From positions 12,938-76,937 of the forward strand of contig CAWKCK010000018.1 of NCBI GenBank assembly GCA_963848135.1: a DNA stretch of 64,000 nt. The letters are read 5' to 3'. This stretch comes from an uncultured delta proteobacterium. Its GTDB lineage: Bacteria > Desulfobacterota > Desulfobacteria > Desulfobacterales > SG8-13. The translations under genes and the position numbers were made by a program. Each line of letters starts with the position of its first letter. Positions within the stretch are counted from its first letter, which is position 1. The notes under the pieces are model-generated. The model was not told the origin of the DNA, did not search any database, and worked only from the letters and a program-made list of their open reading frames with translations. This document shows, piece after piece, positions 50,065 to 59,619 of the stretch.

Positions 50065-50667
50065 TTGCAGACATATGGTATAATGGCTGTAATGAAGAAG
50101 AAAAAACCGAAAACCTTGAAGATTGTGCTTATTCTTTTCATCTTATCCATCATCGGCGTCGTGACCGTCGTATATATCAACTACCGGAAATTAATAAAAA
50201 ATCCGGAAAAACTGATCACTGAATTCAAACCGGGGGTCGATATGACAATCGACGATATTCATCAAACGGCCACCCGAAATGGTAAAAAGGAATGGCAACT
50301 TGACGCTACATCGGCCCGCTATTTCGATGCGGAAAAAAAAGTGCGCCTCGACAACATTGGCATGACTTTTTTTCTCGAGGATCAACAAGAAATTCACTTG
50401 ACTGCCGATAGTGGTACATTGGAGACCGAATCACAAAACGTCAGCGTTCAAGGACAGGTGGATTTGAAAAACCAAGACGCGCACCTTGAAACCGAGGCGC
50501 TACACTATCAACACAAGAAACGATTCATCTCATCAGCTTCACCAGTGAAAATCACCGGTGAAGCCTTTCAACTGAGCGCTGACAGTATGACTCTCGACAT
50601 GGAAAATCGGAGGGCCGTGCTGAAGGGAAATGTGCAGGGCACCTTTAGCGATGATTTTACGCTTTAA
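50065..50667 (+). CDS. lptC: LPS export system protein LptC
   Basis: An N-terminal membrane anchor followed by a beta-jellyroll-like sequence. Sits immediately upstream of lptA and lptB. Alternative starts lie at 50083 and 50092. Confidence 0.7.
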   Translation: MQTYGIMAVMKKKKPKTLKIVLILFILSIIGVVTVVYINYRKLIKNPEKLITEFKPGVDMTIDDIHQTATRNGKKEWQLDATSARYFDAEKKVRLDNIGMTFFLEDQQEIHLTADSGTLETESQNVSVQGQVDLKNQDAHLETEALHYQHKKRFISSASPVKITGEAFQLSADSMTLDMENRRAVLKGNVQGTFSDDFTL

Positions 50668-51217
50668 CCCAAAGCGATTCTCCTTTCGCCTATGGGTCGC
50701 CATGATTCTGCTGTGGGGGAGCCTTGGGCAGATACCGTTAAGGGTGGCGTCAGCCGTGGATGAAACCGGAAACGAAGCAGAGCCGCCTCCCCCGGTTTCG
50801 ATTGCTGCAGATGAACTGGTCGGCGACGAAAACGCAAAATCGGCGGAATTTATCGGCAATGTCAAAGTTATCCGCGGGGAATACACCCTGCTGACCGATC
50901 GGCTCAAGGTGCTTTTCGATGCGATAGAAAAGCCGGCGGCAGGAAAAAGCCACCCCCGGACGAATATCAGAGAGATCGTTGCCGAAGGTCACGTACGCAT
51001 ATTATCAGACGAATTTACAGCCAATGCAGACCGGGCGATATACAACCGCAAAACCCGAACATTGGTTTTGACCGGAGAAAATACGGAGGTCAATCGTGAC
51101 GGCAGTAGGATCAACGGAAAACAGATTACCATTTTCATCGACACCGAAAAAGTTATCGTCAGCGGCAATTCCGAGAACCGGGTGCAAGGGGTGTTTAATA
51201 TACCCCCCAAAAATTAG
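50651..51217 (+). CDS. lptA: LPS transport periplasmic protein LptA (OstA-like)
   Basis: Signal peptide ending VASA, followed by OstA-type repeats (A..A.Y......L.L.G.V). The start overlaps the lptC end. An alternative ATG lies at 50630. Confidence 0.75.
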   Translation: MILRFNPKRFSFRLWVAMILLWGSLGQIPLRVASAVDETGNEAEPPPPVSIAADELVGDENAKSAEFIGNVKVIRGEYTLLTDRLKVLFDAIEKPAAGKSHPRTNIREIVAEGHVRILSDEFTANADRAIYNRKTRTLVLTGENTEVNRDGSRINGKQITIFIDTEKVIVSGNSENRVQGVFNIPPKN

Positions 51218-51328
51218 GTCATTACAACAGGGTTGTTGGATGAAGAGACCAAATCTGCTATAGAGTACCAATCGGGTCGGAAACTGCTGTGCCAACGCAG
51301 GCAGAGACCGGGCGTGTGTGAAATCGAA

Positions 51329-52051
51329 ATGACCGTACTGTCTCTTCAAAATCTTGGCAAAGTTTACAACGGCAGAACCGTTGTCGATTCAGTCAGCCTC
51401 AAGGTTGAAAGTCGATGCGTTGTCGGTCTTCTTGGACCTAATGGTGCCGGCAAGACCACGACTTTTTACATGACAGTAGGGATGGTGAAACCGGATTCTG
51501 GCGAGGTGCTTTTGAATGATGAAGACCTGACCGAATATCCTATGCACCTTAGGGCCCGCAAAGGTGTCGGTTATTTACCGCAAGAACCCTCTATTTTCAG
51601 AAAACTGACCGTAAAACAAAATATCATGGCAATTCTTGAGGCATTGTCTTTGCCCAAGGATGAGCAGGAAGAGCGCACGGGTCTATTGCTGGAGGAACTC
51701 GGCATCAAACATTTGGCCAACCAGAAAGCCGCCGTCCTTTCCGGGGGCGAAAAACGGCGTCTGGAGATCTCCAGGGCACTAGCAACAAACCCGAAATTCA
51801 TGCTACTTGACGAACCGTTTGCCGGCGTCGATCCCCTAGCGGTGATTGACATCAAGAACATAATCGGTCATCTTAAAAAACGCGGAATCGGCATCTTGAT
51901 ATCAGATCATAACGTCAGGGATACCCTGCAGTCCTGCGACATCGCCTACATACTGAACGCGGGAAAGGTTGTTGTGGCCGGTACTCCCGAAGACATAACA
52001 TCCAGTGATATTGCACGCAAAATTTACCTGGGAAATGAATTCAGTTTATAA
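51329..52051 (+). CDS. lptB: LPS export ABC transporter ATP-binding protein
   Basis: Walker A GPNGAGKTT, signature LSGGEKRRLEI and Walker B FMLLDEPF. Taken from the ATG matching the canonical LptB N-terminus. Confidence 0.9.
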   Translation: MTVLSLQNLGKVYNGRTVVDSVSLKVESRCVVGLLGPNGAGKTTTFYMTVGMVKPDSGEVLLNDEDLTEYPMHLRARKGVGYLPQEPSIFRKLTVKQNIMAILEALSLPKDEQEERTGLLLEELGIKHLANQKAAVLSGGEKRRLEISRALATNPKFMLLDEPFAGVDPLAVIDIKNIIGHLKKRGIGILISDHNVRDTLQSCDIAYILNAGKVVVAGTPEDITSSDIARKIYLGNEFSL

Positions 52052-52053
52052 AT

Positions 52054-53487
52054 ATGGCTCTCGAACTTAGACAACAACTCAAGTTAACGCAGCAGCTCAT
52101 CATGACCCCTCAGCTGCAAATGGCGATCAAGCTGCTGCAATTGTCCCGTCTGGAGCTTCTGGATACCATCCGTCAGGAGTTGGAAGAGAATCCCGCCTTA
52201 GAAGAGCTGCAGGAATCAGCCGGTGAAGAGCGTATGACTGAGGCGGCCGACCAAGCCGCTGACGATGGTGACCCGGCGAAAGAGGTCACAATCGAAGAGA
52301 AAATCAATGACGATATCGATTGGAGCAGCTACCTCGACGAGTACAACACACCCGGCAGAGTCAACTACGAGGGCGAAAGCAGAGAAACACCAAAATACGA
52401 GGCTTTCATCGCCCGCAAAGAGTCATTGAAAGACCATCTCTTGTGGCAGCTACTGATGACAGCGCCCAGTCGTGAAGAGGAACAAATTGGCTCGCTCATC
52501 GTGGGGAACCTGAACCAGGACGGTTATTTGGATATTAATCTCGAAGAGATCGCCCGGAACGCTGAAGCGGATCTGGCAAAGGTCGAATCGACACTTTCCC
52601 TCATGCAGACTTTCGATCCCATCGGGGTTTGCGCCAGGAACCTCAGCGAATGCCTGATGATTCAAGCCAAACACCTGAAGATTAACGACACCTTGGTTAC
52701 AGAAATCATTAAGACTCATCTCGGTGATCTGGAAAAAAGGAACATCAAGGTTATCTGTCGCGCGTTGAAAGCGGGCACGGATGATATTATTGCGGCCGTC
52801 AATATCATCAGGAGTCTCGAACCGAGACCGGGCCGACAATATTCGGACGACACGCCGCAGTATATTACCCCTGACATCTATGTTTACAAAATGGACAATG
52901 AATTCGTCATTGTTCTCAATGATGACGGAATGCCTAAACTGCGCGTCAACCCTTTTTATAAAAAATCCATCACCGCCAAAGACAAAATCCCCGGGGAAGC
53001 CGAAAGCTATATTCAGGATAAATTGCGTTCGGCAGCGTGGCTAATCAAGAGTATTCACCAACGGCAGAAAACAATCTATAAAGTAATGGAAAGTATTCTC
53101 CATTACCAGCGAGAATTTTTTGAAAAAGGCATCTCGCGATTAAAACCGATGGTGCTCAGGGACGTCGCGCAGGATATCGGAATGCATGAATCAACCATCA
53201 GCCGCGTTACGACCAACAAATATGCCTATACCCCGCAGGGAATATTTGAATTGAAGTATTTTTTCAACAGTTCCATTCAGCGCGCGCATGGTGGTGCCAT
53301 CGCCTCGGTCAGTGTCCAGGAAAAAATCAAACAGATAATCGCCAATGAAAATCCAAAAAAGCCATACAGCGATGATAAAATCGCCAAAATTCTCAAAGAT
53401 TCTCAAATAAATATTGCCCGCCGTACGGTTGCAAAATACCGGGAAATGTTGAACGTGCTGCCGTCCAACAAACGCAAACAAATCTAA
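52054..53487 (+). CDS. rpoN: RNA polymerase sigma-54 factor
   Basis: Region I LKLTQQLIMTPQLQMAIKLLQL, an acidic region II, and the HTH plus RpoN box ARRTVAKYR. Confidence 0.95.
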   Translation: MALELRQQLKLTQQLIMTPQLQMAIKLLQLSRLELLDTIRQELEENPALEELQESAGEERMTEAADQAADDGDPAKEVTIEEKINDDIDWSSYLDEYNTPGRVNYEGESRETPKYEAFIARKESLKDHLLWQLLMTAPSREEEQIGSLIVGNLNQDGYLDINLEEIARNAEADLAKVESTLSLMQTFDPIGVCARNLSECLMIQAKHLKINDTLVTEIIKTHLGDLEKRNIKVICRALKAGTDDIIAAVNIIRSLEPRPGRQYSDDTPQYITPDIYVYKMDNEFVIVLNDDGMPKLRVNPFYKKSITAKDKIPGEAESYIQDKLRSAAWLIKSIHQRQKTIYKVMESILHYQREFFEKGISRLKPMVLRDVAQDIGMHESTISRVTTNKYAYTPQGIFELKYFFNSSIQRAHGGAIASVSVQEKIKQIIANENPKKPYSDDKIAKILKDSQINIARRTVAKYREMLNVLPSNKRKQI

Positions 53488-53500
53488 GGAGTTTAGATTC

Positions 53501-54034
53501 ATGCAGACCTCCGTTACGTTCAAAAACCTGCCGTCTTCGGAACATTTAAAAAACTATGTGACAGAAAAGCTGGACCGCTTCGACAGGCTTCTGGATAATC
53601 CGGCAGAGGCCAGCGTTGTCCTATCGGTAGAAAAATTTCGTCATATCGCGGAGATAAACATCGTCGGAGACCGTCTCAATATTATTGGCAAGGAAGAAAT
53701 TAACGACATGTACTCCGCCATCGACATGGTTCTCGATAAGCTCGAGAAGCAAATAAAAAAAAACAAGCAGAAAACAAGAGAACGCAGAAGTGGTGCCAAA
53801 TCCAGCATTAAAGAAATCGAGGAATACGCCGCGGCCACGATTGATGAAGAACACGAACCGCAGCTCAAAGTCATGAATATCGAATACAAACCGATGGATG
53901 TCGAAGAAGCTGTTTTGCAAATGGATCTGGTCAAAAATAACTTTCTGGTATTTACCAATTCTCAAACCGATCGCGTCAATGTCCTCTACCGGCGAAAGGA
54001 CGGCCACTACGGCCTTATTCAGCCTGAGAGTTAA
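53501..54034 (+). CDS. hpf: ribosome hibernation promoting factor (long form)
   Basis: 177 aa with a sigma-54 modulation/S30EA N-domain and a C-terminal dimerisation domain (VFTNSQTDRVNVLYRRKDGHYGLI). Confidence 0.9.
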   Translation: MQTSVTFKNLPSSEHLKNYVTEKLDRFDRLLDNPAEASVVLSVEKFRHIAEINIVGDRLNIIGKEEINDMYSAIDMVLDKLEKQIKKNKQKTRERRSGAKSSIKEIEEYAAATIDEEHEPQLKVMNIEYKPMDVEEAVLQMDLVKNNFLVFTNSQTDRVNVLYRRKDGHYGLIQPES

Positions 54035-54139
54035 TTAATCTACACAAAATTCTATCAACAACCGGGCCGGTATGCCGGTGGATCGTGCGCTTGATATGGC
54101 TGCATCTGGTGCCGAACCGGACTTGAATGGACCACGCAA

Positions 54140-54598
54140 ATGAAAATCCTGGATGTATTGCCCCGAGAAGCAATTCTCGCCGATCTGAAAGCACAGGACA
54201 AAAAAAGTATTCTGGAAGAACTTGTGGCCCCAATCGCCCGCCTGAAGGGTGCCGATCTGGACGAACTCGTCCTGGTCCTCATGGAAAGAGAACGGCTGGG
54301 GAGTACCGGCATCGGCAACGGTATTGGAATTCCGCATGGCAAACTTAAAAACCTTGATGATTTGGTCCTCGGGTTTGGCCTCAGCCATAAAGGTGTTGAC
54401 TTTGAATCCATGGACGGGCGCCCCACGCATATCTTTTTCCTCCTGATGACACCCGAAAATTCCACCGGTCTGCATTTGAAAGTACTGGCAAGGATATCGA
54501 AAATACTCAAAAACGAAACATTCAGGGAAAGGCTCTTGAGCGCAACAAACTGCGACGATATTTACGGTATTATCAAAGATGAGGATGTTGATTTTTAA
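54140..54598 (+). CDS. ptsN: PTS EIIA-Ntr
   Basis: 152 aa with the phosphorylatable His context GIGIPHGK. Confidence 0.85.
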   Translation: MKILDVLPREAILADLKAQDKKSILEELVAPIARLKGADLDELVLVLMERERLGSTGIGNGIGIPHGKLKNLDDLVLGFGLSHKGVDFESMDGRPTHIFFLLMTPENSTGLHLKVLARISKILKNETFRERLLSATNCDDIYGIIKDEDVDF

Positions 54599-54748
54599 AC
54601 CGAACCGCGATGACAAACGATTTTTCCGGTCCCAAATCGGATATGTGAACGGTTGTCAATCAATACCAGTATAAACGGGCAACGATTCCCTTGAATCGGG
54701 ATAATCCGAGTTCGAACGACTGCCAACTATAGAACCCATAAGAAGATA

Positions 54749-55612
54749 GTGAAGCCTCCCAAAATAATCATCGTGACAGGCTTGTCCGGCTCTGGTAAGA
54801 GTACGGCCTTGGCGGCGTTCGAAGATGCCGGTTTCTATTGCGTTGACAACATGCCGGTTGTGATGCTGCCCCGATTCCTGGAAATGCCGGGTAATCAGCA
54901 CGATGATATGGCCGGAATGGCCTTCGGTATGGATTTGCGCCAGAACGGCTTTCTGGATAACTATCCGAACATTTACAAAAAAATAAGGCAGAAAGGGTTC
55001 GATCTCGACATTTTATTTCTGGAAGCCGACGAAGAAATAATCCTGCAACGTTACAGTCAGACGCGTCGACATCATCCGGTTGCGCAGGGTAACAGCCTGA
55101 TAGAGAGTATCCGAGCCGAAAAGATATTAATGAGAGGTTTGAAACGGGATGCCGATCATGTAATCAACACGTCTCGCTTAAACGTACATGAGCTTAAAGT
55201 AGCACTCAACGGCATTGCCAGCAGGATCGCCAATCTGCCATCAATGCGCATTCACGTGGTTTCTTTTGGATTCAAATACGGCACACCGGCTGACGCGGAC
55301 TTGATCATCGACGTGCGTTTTCTCTCCAACCCCTATTTTATCCCGGAGCTGAAAGACCTGGACGGCGAATCGACCGAAGTGAAACGCTTCGTTTTGCATA
55401 ACGATGCCGCACGTGAATTTTTATCTAAATATACTGATTTACTTGACTATCTGATTCCATTATATGAAAAGGAAGGCAAAGCTTATTTGACGGTTGCTGT
55501 CGGGTGTACCGGCGGCAGGCATCGATCCGTGGCGATAGCAAGAGCCATTTATGACCATATCTACCAGACCGGCAAAAACACAGCCCTCACCCACCGCGAC
55601 ATTAAGCAATAG
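54749..55612 (+). CDS. rapZ: RNase adapter protein RapZ (YhbJ)
   Basis: GTG start, Walker A GLSGSGKSTA and the C-terminal block CTGGRHRSV. Confidence 0.9.
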   Translation: MKPPKIIIVTGLSGSGKSTALAAFEDAGFYCVDNMPVVMLPRFLEMPGNQHDDMAGMAFGMDLRQNGFLDNYPNIYKKIRQKGFDLDILFLEADEEIILQRYSQTRRHHPVAQGNSLIESIRAEKILMRGLKRDADHVINTSRLNVHELKVALNGIASRIANLPSMRIHVVSFGFKYGTPADADLIIDVRFLSNPYFIPELKDLDGESTEVKRFVLHNDAAREFLSKYTDLLDYLIPLYEKEGKAYLTVAVGCTGGRHRSVAIARAIYDHIYQTGKNTALTHRDIKQ

Positions 55613-55688
55613 TGGCCACGGGCACTGAGTCCGCATTCGATCACGAATATCGCATGCAAACTGAAATCAGCGGAAGCGGGAAATATAC

Positions 55689-56102
55689 ATGATCGGAATT
55701 TTAATAGTGACCCATTGCCAGCTCGGGGCATCCCTGATTGAAGCCTCAGAATTCATCATCGGCTCAAGACCAGAAAAAACCGAACCGGTTACCATCGATC
55801 TGAATGTCAGCGCCGACAAGTTAAGAAAGGCGATATCCGATGGAATTAAAAAAGTCGGGCAGGAAGAAGGTGTGCTAATTTTGACAGACATGTTTGGCGG
55901 CACCCCATCTAACCTGAGCTATACTTTTTTGGAGGAAGGACGTGTGGAGGTTGTTTCGGGAGTTAACCTGCCGATGCTGATCAAAGCCGTGAACGCACGC
56001 AATGACATGAAGATAGGAGAATTGGCCGTCAGTGTCGAAGCCTTTGGGAAGAAGAGCATTTCTCTGGCCAGTGGTATCCTGAAAGGCAACAAGCGGAGTT
56101 AG
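55689..56102 (+). CDS. PTS EIIA component, mannose/fructose family
   Basis: 137 aa with MIGILIVTHCQLG (active-site His near residue 9) and DMFGGTPSN. Confidence 0.8.
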   Translation: MIGILIVTHCQLGASLIEASEFIIGSRPEKTEPVTIDLNVSADKLRKAISDGIKKVGQEEGVLILTDMFGGTPSNLSYTFLEEGRVEVVSGVNLPMLIKAVNARNDMKIGELAVSVEAFGKKSISLASGILKGNKRS

Positions 56103-56104
56103 CC

Positions 56105-56566
56105 GTGTCTGCCTGGTCAATCGTTGCCCTTGATGAAAGTCATATCGACGCTATCGTATCCATCGAAAAAGAATCTTTCAGGCAACCTTGGCAGCGTATA
56201 TCCTTTTCTAACGAACGCGCATGTAAAGATGCAATCGACATTGTCGTCCTGCATCCCGGCCATGGACAAATCATCGCGTATGCCTGCCTCAGATTGACTC
56301 TTGAGGACCTGCATCTGCTAAGGATTGCAGTTGCACCCAAATGGCGGCGCCAGGGAATCGCAGCCTGGTTGCTAGACACTTGCTTCAGAATGGCAAGCGC
56401 TAGGGGTGCAAAAGCCGCGTATTTGGAAGTTCGCCGATCCAATACGGCGGCCAACAACCTTTATTTAAAACTTGGTTTTCAAATCATCGCCACACGGCCA
56501 AGGTACTATATAGACACAAAGGAAGATGCTTTAATAATGATGAAATTTTTGGAGGAAGCACAATGA
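56105..56566 (+). CDS. rimI: ribosomal-protein-alanine N-acetyltransferase (GNAT)
   Basis: The GTG start lies 2 nt after the upstream stop. The acetyl-CoA motif is RRQGIAAWLL. Overlaps gap by 4 nt. Confidence 0.75.
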   Translation: MSAWSIVALDESHIDAIVSIEKESFRQPWQRISFSNERACKDAIDIVVLHPGHGQIIAYACLRLTLEDLHLLRIAVAPKWRRQGIAAWLLDTCFRMASARGAKAAYLEVRRSNTAANNLYLKLGFQIIATRPRYYIDTKEDALIMMKFLEEAQ

Positions 56567-57567
56567 GTATAAAAGTTGGCATTAACGGTTTTGGTAGAAT
56601 TGGACGGTTGGTATTCAGAGCAGCGTTGAAACATCCCGAGGTGGAGGTTGTCGCAGTAAACGACCTCACAGATTCGGCAACCATGGCGCACCTTCTTAAG
56701 TACGATTCAGTGCACGGTACGCTCGATGGCACAGTTGTCGCTAAAGACGACACCATCGAAGTCGATAAAAAAACGGTAGCGATTACATCGATCAAAGATC
56801 CGGCCATGCTGCGTTGGCGTGAATTCGGTGTGGATATCGTTGCTGAGTGCACCGGCTTGTTCAGGGATCGGGAAAATGCTGAAAAGCACCTCACCTCCGG
56901 CGCTCGAAAGGTCATTATTTCCGCACCGGCTAAAGATCCTGACATAACGATCGTTCTGGGTGTCAATTCAAACAGATACGATCCGCGCCAGCACCATGTC
57001 ATCTCAAATGCATCCTGCACCACCAACTGTTTGGCACCCGTTGCAAAGGTCTTACTTGAAAATTTCGGGATCCGCAGTGGTTTGATGACAACCATTCACA
57101 GCTATACCGGAGACCAGCGTCTGCTCGATTTCCCACACAAAGATTTACGCCGTGCAAGAGCGGCGGCATTGTCCATGATCCCTACGACGACAGGTGCTGC
57201 CAGGGCCGTCGCTCTGGTCCTGCCCGATCTTTCCGGGAAATTGAACGGATTAGCGATTCGCGTCCCGACGCCCAATGTATCGATTGTCGACTTCGTGGCG
57301 ACGGTCGAAAAATCAGGGCTCAACGTTTCGGATGTCAACGATGCCCTCAAGAAAGCGTCTGAAGAATCCTTGAAGGGCGTTCTGGGTTACAGCGAAATCC
57401 CGCTGGTATCAACCGACTATAATGGTTCGACGTATTCATCAATTGTCGATGCGCCCACAACCTACGTTGTCGATGAGATGGTGAAAGTATTGTCCTGGTA
57501 CGACAACGAGATGGGGTATTCCAGCCGAATGGTTGACCTGGCGGCAATGATCGGAAATCAGATGTAA
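56563..57567 (+). CDS. gap: glyceraldehyde-3-phosphate dehydrogenase
   Basis: INGFGRIGR and the active site SNASCTTNCLAP. Confidence 0.95.
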   Translation: MSIKVGINGFGRIGRLVFRAALKHPEVEVVAVNDLTDSATMAHLLKYDSVHGTLDGTVVAKDDTIEVDKKTVAITSIKDPAMLRWREFGVDIVAECTGLFRDRENAEKHLTSGARKVIISAPAKDPDITIVLGVNSNRYDPRQHHVISNASCTTNCLAPVAKVLLENFGIRSGLMTTIHSYTGDQRLLDFPHKDLRRARAAALSMIPTTTGAARAVALVLPDLSGKLNGLAIRVPTPNVSIVDFVATVEKSGLNVSDVNDALKKASEESLKGVLGYSEIPLVSTDYNGSTYSSIVDAPTTYVVDEMVKVLSWYDNEMGYSSRMVDLAAMIGNQM

Positions 57568-57670
57568 TTGGCCGGGGTTGTTTTGAAGACCCTTTACCCC
57601 GACGTGTCGCGTCGACGAAATACCCACGGTACACGTAAAGCACCATAAACAGACGGAAGGGGTTCAGTTT

Positions 57671-58189
57671 TTGACACAGAATCGGACGGGACCGGTTAAA
57701 GGCCACACCTCTGCAATAAACAATAAAGCTACCGGGGAGCAATTGCCGTTTCTGATTTTTCCCGACTGGCGGATCAATGCTAATTTCCCGTGGCCGATTT
57801 GGGCTGCCGGATGGATCGCCATCTTCAAGGCGTTTCTATGGTTGGCCACGGACCCGGTCATTCCTTTCCCGCTGGCGCGGCTAATGGCGATAAAATTCCT
57901 GGTAACCATGATTCCATTTGCCGTCCTGGGTATCGGAATTTGGAATTTAAGAAAATGGGCCGTTTGGTCCCTTCTGATACTGAGCGTCATCGATTTGATA
58001 TTTTACATCGTTTTTCCAGCGGCCTCTCGCTACATCGCCGGCAATAGTTTTGTAATATTGGCTATCGTGCTGTTGATCTGCACCGGACCGGTGGGAAATA
58101 TCATGATCCTTGCGGCTGGACCCAGTATGCTCAAGCATGCTGGGAAATCCACAGTTTTTCATGAATTCGTAGAAACCGGTTCTAAGTAA
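57671..58189 (+). CDS. hypothetical polytopic membrane protein
   Basis: 172 aa with about 4 hydrophobic segments and no recognisable family. It opens with TTG, so the real start is uncertain. Confidence 0.45.
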   Translation: MTQNRTGPVKGHTSAINNKATGEQLPFLIFPDWRINANFPWPIWAAGWIAIFKAFLWLATDPVIPFPLARLMAIKFLVTMIPFAVLGIGIWNLRKWAVWSLLILSVIDLIFYIVFPAASRYIAGNSFVILAIVLLICTGPVGNIMILAAGPSMLKHAGKSTVFHEFVETGSK

Positions 58190-58200
58190 AGGAGGAAAAC

Positions 58201-58956
58201 ATGGGCTCGCGCACGCCGCTGATAGCTGGAAACTGGAAAATGTACAAGACAGTGCCGGAGGCTGTTCAGACGGCGTCTCAACTGAAAGATCTGGTTTCCG
58301 CTGTGGGAGAAGTCGATGTCATGATCGCACCGCCTTTCACGGCACTATATCCAGTGTCCGAAGTCCTCAAGGACAGCACGATTGCCGTGGGCGCCCAGGA
58401 CATGTATTGGGAACAGGAAGGCGCCTACACCGGGGAAATTTCATCCGCCATGCTCCTTTCGACCGGTTGCCGTTACGTGATTCTTGGTCATTCGGAGCGG
58501 CGTGAATACTTCAGCGAATCTAATGAAAACGTAAACAGAAAGGTGTCTGCAGCCTTGGCTACCGGGTTGATTCCGATCATGTGCATCGGAGAATCTGAAA
58601 AACAGCGCGAGGCCGGTGAAACCTTTTCTGTACTTGACAAACAGCTAAAAATGGGTCTAAAAGAGCATTTTGCCGAAGCGCTACCAAATCTTGTGATCGC
58701 CTATGAGCCGATCTGGGCAATCGGCACCGGTAAAACCGCCACGAGTGCTCAGGCTCAGGAGATCCATCAGTTCTTGCGAAAAAATGTGGCGCAGATGTTC
58801 GGTGATGACCTGGCAGTCAACCTGCGTATCCTCTATGGCGGCAGCGTAAAACCGCAAAACGCGTCGGAGTTGATGGATATGCCGGATATCGACGGGGCCT
58901 TGGTCGGTGGCGCAAGTTTGGATGCAGAAACCTTCAGCCGCATCGTACGTTTTTAA
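58201..58956 (+). CDS. tpiA: triosephosphate isomerase
   Basis: AGNWKM, ILGHSERR, AYEPIWAIGTG and GGASL. Confidence 0.95.
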   Translation: MGSRTPLIAGNWKMYKTVPEAVQTASQLKDLVSAVGEVDVMIAPPFTALYPVSEVLKDSTIAVGAQDMYWEQEGAYTGEISSAMLLSTGCRYVILGHSERREYFSESNENVNRKVSAALATGLIPIMCIGESEKQREAGETFSVLDKQLKMGLKEHFAEALPNLVIAYEPIWAIGTGKTATSAQAQEIHQFLRKNVAQMFGDDLAVNLRILYGGSVKPQNASELMDMPDIDGALVGGASLDAETFSRIVRF

Positions 58957-58991
58957 ATTCGATGACAGATCGAATCTGTTAGGATTTTAAT

Positions 58992-59375
58992 ATGACACAG
59001 GTACTTATCATCATTCACGTTGTCGTTTCCATTGCTATGATAATGATCGTGCTTCTGCAGACCGGTAAAGGCGCAGACATGGGGGCGGCATTCGGCGGCG
59101 GCGCCAGCCAGACACTTTTCGGAAGTGGCGGGGCCTCCACCTTTCTGACCAAATTAACGACAGTCGCAGCGATTGTCTTCATGATCACCTCTCTAACCTT
59201 GGCGTATTATTCCACCAATCGCGCCAAAAGCTCGATAATGATGGAAACAAAACCGCCGGTTACCGAACAGGCCGTCCCTCAGGCCCAGCCAACGGAACCG
59301 ACCGCGCCTGCAGAGCAACCGGTAGCCCCCGCTACGACGGCGCCGGCTCCTGCCGAGGGCGAAAAATCTCAATAG
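58992..59375 (+). CDS. secG: preprotein translocase subunit SecG (with Pro/Ala-rich C-terminal tail)
   Basis: LLQTGKGADMGAAFGGGASQTLFG is the SecG signature. The second TM segment is followed by a PA-rich extension. Confidence 0.85.
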   Translation: MTQVLIIIHVVVSIAMIMIVLLQTGKGADMGAAFGGGASQTLFGSGGASTFLTKLTTVAAIVFMITSLTLAYYSTNRAKSSIMMETKPPVTEQAVPQAQPTEPTAPAEQPVAPATTAPAPAEGEKSQ

Positions 59376-59394
59376 TACTTTTTCAGTATCATGT

Positions 59395-59481
59395 GCCGAA
59401 GTGGTGGAACTTGGTAGACACGCTATCTTGAGGGGGTAGTGGCCACAAGCCGTGCCGGTTCAAGTCCGGCCTTCGGCACCA
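59395..59481 (+). tRNA. tRNA-Leu (anticodon GAG), class II with long variable arm, encoded CCA
   Basis: Acceptor GCCGAAG pairs with CTTCGGC. The D-arm has a 3-bp stem. The anticodon stem CTATC/GGTAG carries the loop TTGAGGG. The variable stem is GGC/GCC and the T-arm is GCCGG-TTCAAGT-CCGGC. The discriminator is A, followed by CCA. Confidence 0.9.
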
Positions 59482-59494
59482 AACTTTTTCCATA

Positions 59495-59522
59495 ACCTGC
59501 TGTTTTTACAGCAGGTTTTTTT
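59495..59522 (+). terminator. rho-independent terminator after secG and tRNA-Leu
   Basis: ACCTGCTGT-TTTT-ACAGCAGGT (9-bp stem) followed by a run of 7 T. Confidence 0.8.
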
Positions 59523-59558
59523 GTGACTGCAACCCTAAAAAAGCATCAAATCCATCTG

Positions 59559-59601
59559 TTACACACCTCTTACACAAACACCTTACACAAATCTGTGTAA
59601 G
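59559..59601. repeat. three direct TTACACA copies plus one inverted copy upstream of the integrase fragment
   Basis: TTACACA occurs at 59559, 59570 and 59583; the last two copies are CTTACACAA. The inverted copy TGTGTAAG lies at 59594-59601. Confidence 0.6.
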
Positions 59602-59619
59602 AGAGATGGAGTTGACGCC

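Noticed and set aside
50079-50084. A perfect TATAAT just upstream of or within the lptC start region.
   Set aside because: No acceptable -35 element lies at 16-18 bp; TTGCAG is only 8 bp away. The hexamer also overlaps the candidate lptC start codons.
54035-54616. A 193-aa minus-strand ORF covering ptsN.
   Set aside because: It is antisense to a clear EIIA-Ntr gene within a tightly packed co-directional operon, and it has no motif support.
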